Below, one piece after another: positions 25,325 to 34,879 of a DNA stretch of 64,000 nucleotides. This DNA is from Azolla caroliniana (lineage: Eukaryota; Plantae; Polypodiophyta), in NCBI GenBank assembly GCA_043228905.1, contig JBHGNT010000003.1, forward strand, positions 2,976,001 to 3,040,000, in the 5' to 3' direction. Positions within the stretch are counted from its first letter, which is position 1, and each line of letters begins with the position of its first letter. The position numbers were made by a program, and so were the translations under genes. A model generated the notes under the pieces. It saw nothing but the letters and a program-made list of their open reading frames with translations. It was not told where the DNA came from and searched no databases.

Positions 25325-27090
25325 GTGGACGGAGCAAGTGGACATCCCTGTCGTACTAATCTTGAAATTGAAAATCTCCTACTAATATCCCCTGCAAATA
25401 AAAGAGAGCTATATGCATTACGATATAATGTTGATACTCCTCGTATCCATGTATTTGGGAAACCCATCCTAACCAATGTTCCCTCCATAAAATCCCAGTC
25501 CACTCTGTCATAAGCCTTTTCAAAATCAAGAAATAACACCGCTAGGTCTTGCTTATGCAATTCTACAAAGGCAACCATTTCCCAAAAGAGGATAATATTA
25601 TAAAAAATACTTCTCTCTTGCATAAAACCAGTCTGAGAATCATAAATCAGCTCCGAAAGATAAGGTTGTAGCCATCTAGCTAACGTTTTTGCTAATATTT
25701 TATAAATAACATTCAACAAGGTAATTGGTCTCCAATGTTGAAGCTCTTCTAATTGTCCACTTGATTTAGGAATCATATAAATTAAACCCTCCTTCCATTT
25801 CTTGTGGCATATTTCCCGAGTCTAATATCTGTTGGTAGGCTTTAGTCAATCCATCACCTATCAAATCCTAATATTGAATATACCACTGGACTCCCAACCC
25901 ATCCAAGCCAGGACAAACATCTTTAGCAAGAGCTTTAGCAGCTTTAAGAACCTCTTGAGAATTTAGTGGTTGTAAAAGACAATCTACTAGTTGTACAGAC
26001 ACCCTATTATGAATCCTTAACCATATGATGTCCCTTTTAATCAAATCATCCGCAGAAAAAGATCTAGCTTTCAACAAAGTCTCATAATAATCAGAGGCTA
26101 TTTGCCTCATCTGACTAGAATCCATGGTATAAGAGCCGTCCTGTCATTTTAACCGGGAAATCCTAACAGTTGTCTTATGATGATTATGCACTACAAAAAA
26201 CACTTTATTGACTTTATCTCCTGACTTTGCCCATGTAGACGATATATTATGATAATTAAAATCCGCTGAAATCTTTTGTAATTCCAATATCTAGTTCCCT
26301 AATTGTATCACTCGGGAATTTATATATCTCGAATATGGTCTTCTCTCTTGCAGATGTTGCAAGGATCTCAATCCCCTATGAATTCTTCCTATTTTACTAC
26401 AAGACTCATAAAATACTTGTTTAGCTTTACAGTGAAAAAATTGTTGTGTTTCGTTAATTGCCTTCTGAACACTAGATAATGCATAATCATATGAATAGTC
26501 ATATTTATTCCAAATACTATGCACACTAGGAACACAATCTTGGCTAAGAAACACATGATTCGGAATTCTAAACCTAGAATTTCTATGTTGCTCCAACAAG
26601 ACTATAACTAAACGAAGTGGTGCATGATCAGAAAAGGAAAATGAGGGTAAGATTCCAATTGAACCTCCTTTGTCCCATAAAAACTTATCTGCATAAAATC
26701 TATCTAACCTAAACAAATTGGTATGTGATTGTTTTCTATCCGATCGTGAATAAGCTAAGGACTCTTGCATCCGTACAAGGGAAGACACATGCCACAAGTC
26801 CATTAAACCTAAAGAAAAGATCAAATGTTCCGATCCATATAATTCTGAACCAAATAATGGTTGTGATGTGCCTCCTAACCTATCACACCCATCCTCCAAC
26901 ATATTAAAGTCACCTGTAATTGCCCAATGTTCAACAACTGGTAACTGTGGCATTATGCTCTTCCATAATGTTGTTCTATCTCTTGCATTATTCGGTGCAT
27001 AAATATTCAACAAACCCCACTTCTTTGAACCAATTTGAAGAATTATATAATGACCTCTACCACAATGTATGTGGCCACACTTTACAAATA
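25325..27090 (-). mobile_element. LINE (L1/Tx1-like) ORF2 fragment, truncated at both ends
   Basis: Endonuclease motifs NIYAPN, GDFN, RLDRFY, SDH (26291-27013). RT motifs PGLDG, WRPITLLN..YKILAK, LDFEKAYDRVDW, VRQGCPLAP (25288-26125). Confidence 0.92.
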
Positions 27091-27999
27091 ATAAGTTCTA
27101 ATAAGTTCTTAGCTAATCCTAGGACAAAGCTATTAGTTCCACATTCTTTTTGTCAAGTCTCATAATATCCATAAATCATAACAATGCCACTGTAATGGGG
27201 TTATTACTACATCACCATCTCATACCACACTTGATCACAACATATTGGACTTGGCAAACTAAATAAAAGTATTCGTTTTATTTTTAATAAATAAATAAAA
27301 TACAATAAAGGTTCATTAATTCCTCTCTTTTTATTCTCTCAAAAATTATAAATATTTTTATTTTGATATTAAAAATTCGACTTCACATTAATCATATTTC
27401 TATAATAAATATACAGATATTCATTTAAAAAAAACATTTAATTAATTAAAATAAAGGTTCATAAACTTCCCCATTTTTTATTTGACACTATAAAAGAGAG
27501 TTAATACTAATAATATGTATATAATCTATTAATGAATGATTGTTCTTTTTTTAGTGAATTAAATTTATTTAAATAAAAAAATGAATTAATTAATATTTTA
27601 TATATTTTTGTAAAATGAATGGTTTTATAATATTCTTGGGGCCATTTCGTATTCTCGAATATTGAGAATATCAAGCATGTGTCAATCTATGGTTGTATTA
27701 AGTGTACTACTTAAAGTATGTTATTTGGATTCCAATGACATGTTCTTGACACCCCCAAAAGCTTTTCTTTTATATCAAATATCCTTATTTTTGTCTTTTC
27801 TTCTTCCTATCCTATACAATACTTGAGAATGCCCAACTTTGCTCCCCTAGGTTACATGTCACATCTTGTGTACCAACGTTTCTACTTAACTATCTCTTTA
27901 CCTATAATTGAGTAGCTAGATAGGTAGATTTTATTATTGTGCTTGCACATATGACCTTATGTGAGTGACCGTGTGTGCGTGAGGATTATTGAAGGGTAT

Positions 28000-29050
28000 T
28001 TGACAAGAAGATAAAACATCATGGGATACTTACGAAGCATTTCTTTGTTTTTAGTCATACACACACATGGAGTTTTATACACTTCACATGCAAAGGTAAA
28101 ACAAATGTGAAGACTTCTTCAGGCTCTTTAAGCCCCCATAAAGACCAATGGTTTGTTGATGATTGATTGACATATCTAAGAACTATCTACCCTCTAAAGC
28201 AAACTCCATTCACATACTATTATACTCTTTCTAAAGACAGAATCAAGCTTATGGGTAATCCCTACTATCCATGACTTCCCCATCAAACAACTTCATCAAC
28301 TCAACCTCAACGTAGAAGAATGGAAAGATTACATGGAGAAAGTGATCATGAAGGTTGATTATGTCGTTGATATTATGGCTGTCAACATATCTACGTTCCA
28401 TAATAGTAAAGTTATTAGAGACATAGACTAATGTAAGCATTAGATAAGGATAAAATATAGATGAATAGTTAGATCTAGATAGAGAGGAGAGAGAGAAAGA
28501 AGGGTGTTGATCCACCCGACCAGCCCCGAGCGAAGGGATTGAGACGGACTCGAGCCTCGATCCCATACCACCGTCGTGGCGTCGAGTCGTACCTGGTGTT
28601 GGCGCGCTCGCTACAAGAGTTGACCCACCACAAGACAGAGTCTCGACGTAGTCAACAAGATAATGAAATGAGGGTAGCTAGGCCTCTTATTTATAGCGAT
28701 ACCCAAGGCCCCCATGCAAGTTCACACTTGGCCTAATGGGTTGTCTCAATCCCGAGGATTTAAAAGTAAGCCTCCCCTTCTTTACACTCTCGTTTAACCC
28801 TCACACTTATCCACGTGTATAGAATACTACGGTAAATTCTCACCACGGAATATTATATGGTCATGCTCGTAACAAAAGTGATGGGGTTTCTCCCGTGTGC
28901 AATGTTCAAGGTGAAGCCACAATCATATTGCTTGTAGATCTTGACCATTGGTCGATTGAATCATAACCTCAAACATTCCAGTCTTGATAAACATAAGGCC
29001 CTTTAGCCCTTTATTAGTAATGCTATGTTGTGGTGAGTTCATTATAAAGA
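28000..29050 (-). mobile_element. Decayed copia RT/RNase H remnant
   Basis: Minus-strand GLKRA-like segment near 28120-28140 (cf. YGLKQAPR). Very degenerate; boundaries uncertain. Confidence 0.35.
28413..28874. mobile_element. Solo LTR
   Basis: Flanked by a perfect 5-bp TSD AAAGT (28408-28412, 28875-28879). Termini TA(TG-derived)TTAGAG...CTCGTAACA. A related fragment lies at ~22345-22440. Confidence 0.7.
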
Positions 29051-29905
29051 TTCACCATACAACAAATAAGATGGATTTGGCCACACGGGTTTGGGGCACA
29101 TTATCAATGGTGAGTGAAGAAGGTGACATTTGAGCACAAATTACCAAGCAAGTATTTCTAGAAAGAAGATGGTGCATATTACTTGCCAATGCCCATAGTA
29201 GATCCACCCTAGAATAGTCCCTTGACCATATCACCATCAACATCCCATAGAAGACCCACGTCATCATGACATATTTGTCTTTGTAACATATCCACTAGTT
29301 CAATTAGTATCTCATGAAATGATCATTGACTACCTACATATTCAAAAACTCAGTCATGATCACGAAAATCAAAGGAGTCAACATTTTAAATTGTACGAGA
29401 ATTGATTAAGAAATATTGAAGAGAGCATTTGGAGCTTTATGGAAAATAAAATGATTATTGGCCCCATACATATGCTTATCTCATTCTTATCTCTGTCCTT
29501 CTAGATAGATGAATTGATGCGCCTAATTTCATGGGGGTGAGGGATGAGGATATATGGCTTTAGCTCTTCCACATCTGATTACCCATGTCTTTCCATGAAT
29601 TCCTTCACACATGATTATTGTTTCTAATGTAATTAGTAGAATTTATATGGGTTATATTCTCTGATAATCATGATAACTATGAGTGTTTCCCAACATTGCT
29701 TACGGATCCGTAATGGCACTAATAGTGGTGAATGGTGGGCGCTATGCACAAACCTTTACAATAAAGAGTTGACTTTGGTATGTATGCGATCATAGAGTTG
29801 ATTTTGCTCAGCTCATCAACACCCACGATATTTCTGAAATCATAGAAGAGTTTACTAAAAATAAAATGTAGTATTTGCTTACTATAACAGCAAACGGTAT
29901 GATTA

Positions 29906-30100
29906 AGCGAGTCAAAAGTTTGAGTAGGCCAGGCTGAAGTAGATGTTGCTAAAGCAATGAAGCAATGAAAGATGCCATGTCCTGTCATATGAAGGAATTG
30001 GCATCTTCATTGCTTCATATGACAGGACATGGCATCTTCACTGCTTCATTGCTTTAGCAACATCTACTTCAGCCTGGCCTACTCAAACTTTTGACTCGCT
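29906..30100. repeat. Near-perfect inverted repeat (89/88-bp arms, 18-nt loop) made from a DUF247 relic
   Basis: The reverse complement of 29906-29994 equals 30013-30100 except for one substitution and one 1-nt indel. Confidence 0.95.
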
Positions 30101-31333
30101 CCAACTTCTAGTCACCAATTTCCCGAGGATTGACTTCTTTGACAAAGTCTTGCTTTTCACTAGGAACTATTGATAGCGTCCTCTAATTTCACGAGGATTG
30201 ACTTCTTTCACAAATTCTTGCTTGTCATGAGAAATTATTGAGGATTCAAAACCGAATCTGGCCACTTCTCAATTCTTGCTTTTTCTCTTCTAAAGGTAGC
30301 TCTATAAAATTACCGCATGGTGTGAACCGCCTTCTGTCTAATGTGGAAAGAGCTTTATGAGGTGAACCTAATATTTCCAGACTGTATCTGTTTGTCAATA
30401 TATATACTGACAAATGTTATGGAAATTTAATGTTGCTATGGCAAGAAATTCCCACATTGGTATTTTCCACAGCGATTGATTTTGAACACCATTATCTCTT
30501 TGTTGCAGCGATTCTACCTAAATATACACTTGTATTTTGTCTAATAAAAATGTTCAAATCAGGATTATTTAAGACCTTGAAAAAAAACATAAATTCTTAA
30601 CAATACATGAGATCTTAATGTTAGTAGAATTGGCAATAGTTGCAATAGTCACAACAACTGAGTATTTCTCGATAGCATTAGTGGGTTTTAATTGACATTT
30701 GCAGTAACTTCACTTTGCATGTAGTATTGATGAATATTGGTGTCACTAGTTCTAATTAGAGCTCATAATACACAAGTAATAACCAATTTATTAGCATTTC
30801 CCTAAACTCTCAGTTATTTCGTACCGATTGTTTCCTCTCAAATATATTGGATCAAGAGTCAAATTCATCCCCTTTTTTCTCAAACTATTCATGTTAGCTT
30901 CAGACCTAATTCTGATCAGATTTTATATATGTTCTACAAATGTGATAACATTACCAAGATCAGTATTGTGTTTCACAAATGTGTTGTAGTCAGTAATCAC
31001 ATTATCATTAACTGGCCCAGCACATGGTCCACCGAGAGGGAGACACTAGCAAGTTGGGCAGAAAAGTTTCACATCACTAAAAGAAAACTTCACCTCTCAA
31101 AATCATGAAGTTTACCTAAAAGAAAATCCACAGCCGTTCTATGAAAATTGTACAAGAGTTAACCAAAAGTCCAATAAAGGATTTGCTTTCCACGGGAAAT
31201 GGCATTAGTTGTGGTCTCTCTCTGTCTCTCTCTTCTTCATATTTCTCTCTATTCTTATCTCCTGCACATAGATAGATAGATAGATAGAGATTGTAGATTA
31301 TATAGCAACAAGGGGATAAACCTTCCACTTCAA

Positions 31334-32824
31334 ATGGATAAAGGTAAGCAACAAGCCCATGGCAATGAACATCCATATGAATCCACCCCTCATAGCCATA
31401 TCAAAGATCATTTGTCTGAATGGGAGGAAATGATAAAGGATGCTCACCCACTTGTGCACAACAAAGGCTTTATGATTTCGAAGCCTCACCAAGCATTGGT
31501 GGAGGTGAAGCCGGAATCATATTACCCTCAGATCCTGACCATCGGTCCATTGTATCGAAATCTTGAGAGGTCCCCTTTTGATAGCTGTAAGGCCCTATGT
31601 GTGCAGAAATTCATGAAAAGACATAAGATATCAAGTTTGCAAGAGCTCATTCCTAAGCTCATCTCTGACCCCTATGTTCTTTGTAACAGCTATTTCCCCC
31701 AATATATCTCTAGCGATGCGTTGTTCGAACCTCACATTGCTATCGATACTGTCTTCATTTATGAGTTCTTGCACTATTGTAATAAAGAACGTGAGGCCAA
31801 CTACTTAAAACAATATTTTGACAATGATCTTACGAAGAGCCAAACACTGAGGGACTTGCTGTTGGTAGGAAACCAAATTCCCATGTCATTTCTAACAGGA
31901 ACTGCTGTACACTTTCCGTTAAAACCGGAATCCAAATTCACGAAGGATTCTTTTGAGAAGTTCGTGGCAAAAATTGTTCTCCAATTTGATCCATTCATGA
32001 GGAGTCAATGTAACTATTTGTCTGATCAAAATGACTTATGGGAGAAAAAAAAAGAGAAATGGATCCAAGAACACAAATATTTTGACAGATGCGTGCATCT
32101 ACTTGATTTTGTCTATTTTTCGTGCACACAAACACTCCAAGAATCTCAGGCACCATCTAACTCTACAGAATCCACAAGAAGATCTATTAATGCACATTTC
32201 CCTTTTCGGAGCATTTTTCAGGTGTTCAACAAGGGCAAGAAGCTAGAAGAAAATCACAAGAAGAACTATCCTTGTCTCCCAACAGCGTCTAAACTCTCTA
32301 AAGCCGGCATCCAGTTGAAGGCTTGTGAAGGTAACATATCAGTGATCAAGTATGACAAGAAAAACCTTCGCCTTGATCTTCCACTACTTGTCGTGGATGA
32401 CAACACAGAGGATGTCTTTAGGAACCTCCTTGCACTTGAGCAAACCTCCAAAGACCTAAAACAATTTTCTATGCTTACCATGTATGTTGACATTATGGAC
32501 TCGCTCATCGACACGGAAAAAGATCTCGAAATCTTGACTCAGGCTGGGGTCATAGAGAACCACCTCGGGAACGATGAGAGATTGGCCAAGATGTGGAATG
32601 ATATGGGCCTCAAAGTCATGATTCGACGATCTAAAAGCTGGAATGAGATGATCCTTGATATAATGCAGCACTACGGGAGCCATTGGCGTTTCCTGTACGT
32701 GGAGTTTTGGGCAGAGTATTTTTCTCGGCCATGGTTATGTATTTCTGTCATCGCAGCTTTTCTACTGCTCTTGCTTTCGACACTGCAGACGATCTATACG
32801 ATCAAAGGTTATCGTAAGTCCTAA
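31334..32824 (+). CDS. DUF247/UPF0481 family protein, intronless, C-terminal TM helix (496 aa)
   Basis: Motifs YYPQILTIGPLY, DLLLVGNQIP, HLLDF, LPTASKLSKAGIQLK, FRNLLALEQ, MDSLIDTEKDL, NHLGNDE, YFSRPWLCISVIAAFLLL. Confidence 0.92.
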   Translation: MDKGKQQAHGNEHPYESTPHSHIKDHLSEWEEMIKDAHPLVHNKGFMISKPHQALVEVKPESYYPQILTIGPLYRNLERSPFDSCKALCVQKFMKRHKISSLQELIPKLISDPYVLCNSYFPQYISSDALFEPHIAIDTVFIYEFLHYCNKEREANYLKQYFDNDLTKSQTLRDLLLVGNQIPMSFLTGTAVHFPLKPESKFTKDSFEKFVAKIVLQFDPFMRSQCNYLSDQNDLWEKKKEKWIQEHKYFDRCVHLLDFVYFSCTQTLQESQAPSNSTESTRRSINAHFPFRSIFQVFNKGKKLEENHKKNYPCLPTASKLSKAGIQLKACEGNISVIKYDKKNLRLDLPLLVVDDNTEDVFRNLLALEQTSKDLKQFSMLTMYVDIMDSLIDTEKDLEILTQAGVIENHLGNDERLAKMWNDMGLKVMIRRSKSWNEMILDIMQHYGSHWRFLYVEFWAEYFSRPWLCISVIAAFLLLLLSTLQTIYTIKGYRKS

Positions 32825-33450
32825 ATTGACTTAACCTTACCTTAGAGTGAAAGTAAAGAAACTCAAAGCAATGGACTGTTTACTCATTTGGGATTTCATT
32901 TCACTTGATTGTTTCACCTAATTTTTGTTGTTTATGTTTATGTGACACTTGAGCCTAATTTATTAATGTGGTATGCCCTAAGCATGTATGACAATCATAA
33001 ATTTTTTATGCTCACACATAATTCTGTTAGAGAAAAGAGTACATATTGATATTAAAGCCAGAAATGTGATTAATGTTTCTGGTTGTAATGATCAATGCCA
33101 TAATTATAGTAGATAACTATCATTTGTATTGTCAGCACTTATACTAATGTTTCATGGATGGGATCGTGACTCGTGAGTGAGTAGATCATAGAGAGAAACA
33201 ATGTGAACATGAGAAATGTGACACTCTCAAAAACTACCTCTTATGAGAAGAAATTTCCCCTCCAAAAAAGCTCCCCATTATTAGTCGGAGGTGTGACATT
33301 CTTGTAGAGGTTATATTTACAAACAACATCTTGAATGGATCATGGGATATCTTGGCCATTATCCTCTAGGATCATCCTGAATCAACATTATCGTTTTGAC
33401 ATCACATATTATGTAATTCAATATACAAAAATTTAGAAGACCTTCATCAT

Positions 33451-33464
33451 ACATATACATGCAT

Positions 33465-33495
<31 letters not shown>

Positions 33496-33557
33496 TACGT
33501 ACATACATACATACATACATACATACATGTACGTACATATATATATATATATATATA
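33451..33557. repeat. Compound (CA)n/(CATA)n/(TA)n microsatellite
   Basis: Direct observation. Confidence 0.95.
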
Positions 33558-34879
33558 ACATTTTCAAATTAAAATGAATCAGTCTAGTACTTTTATGAGG
33601 CAAAATTCTGTGTATGAAGTTGTGGTACAAGTTAAAGTAATAGTACAAATTGCAAGTTACAATAAAAAAGACAAAAAACTATTGAACATGGAGTATAAGT
33701 GACCTTGACCTTAATTGCCAAATGTATAGAAAGTTGAAACCAAACACAGCATTGCACTGGTCCACAACGAATATATATCACTATCTTGGGAATGAAAACT
33801 CAAAGACAAGTCTATATATCAAAAATCTAGATTTGAGCTTACGTTGTTAGTATGTAATCTAGGAGTAAGAACTTATATAACAACATCTATATGCCATAAA
33901 CCATGACTTGGTAATTTGAAAGCAAAATCGGAGACTTGTGAACAACTAGCTAACAACTCCAGTATGCAAAAAGCATATTTTCAACTTATTATTTAAAGTT
34001 ATATATTGTCCAAATTCTCATTTCATTTATCTCAATCATTTGTTATCTTTGCGAGTGGATATTCCTTTCTTCTTTGACATGAACATAGGCAAGCATCTTT
34101 AGCTAGTTTTGGTGGGATCAATGAAGACTCTTAGGGTCATAAATTTTCTATATCAGTGTTAACATCTTCTTTTCGCTTATTACTCTTGGTTTGTCGACCC
34201 TTTGATGTATTTTATGCTCACATTTTGATTATGACATTGCAGTGATGATGAGAAGGCAAGTCATTGTCCAGTATCTCTCACACTCATAGATGGTTGACCT
34301 ATTGTCTTTGGAGACATAATTGAAGCGTCTGAGTCAATTCGTGTAATTCTCGATGATTTGGCTTGTGTCATCTCATTCAATCTCATCCATAGTCCTGAGC
34401 ATTGTTGGGCAAAGTCCTAGGAATAGTGTCAACATTCTGTTTGGGTTGGGACTTTTGCTAGCCACGTGGGGGAGAGTCGGAATTGATTCCGGCTCAAATT
34501 TCCCAAAACCAGAATCTAACCGGTTCATATTTTTTGAACCAACTATTTATGCATTTTAGTGCTTAAGTAATTTGGTTAGGTTTTTTTAGTGCAGGTTATT
34601 ACGTGATGAGGAAGAAGTGAACAAAAGATTAGATAAGTCTAAATGGTCAGCAAACTTGGACGCGTTTAGTGTTCTATTGGTAGACTGTGTCTATATGGGT
34701 GCTTTTGCTGGACCTGATCAATACTTGAGGTTTTAGAGTTTTTATTTGCAATGTTTTAGAGGTTTTATTTGCAATGTGCTAACAAAGACAAGAAATTGGA
34801 AGCTGATAGATAGTGAGAAAGGCCAAAAAAGTAATTCTCACTATTTATCACTAGGTATATAAGCTAATAAAAACGACGG

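Noticed and set aside
27260-27670. Very AT-rich insert with a small terminal hairpin (possible Helitron or MITE)
   Set aside because: No CTRR end, TIR or TSD could be verified.
1-33000. Small secreted peptide partner (like grass sS/sZ/HPS10) next to the DUF247 genes
   Set aside because: No short ORF with a convincing signal peptide was found by eye; a spliced small gene cannot be excluded.
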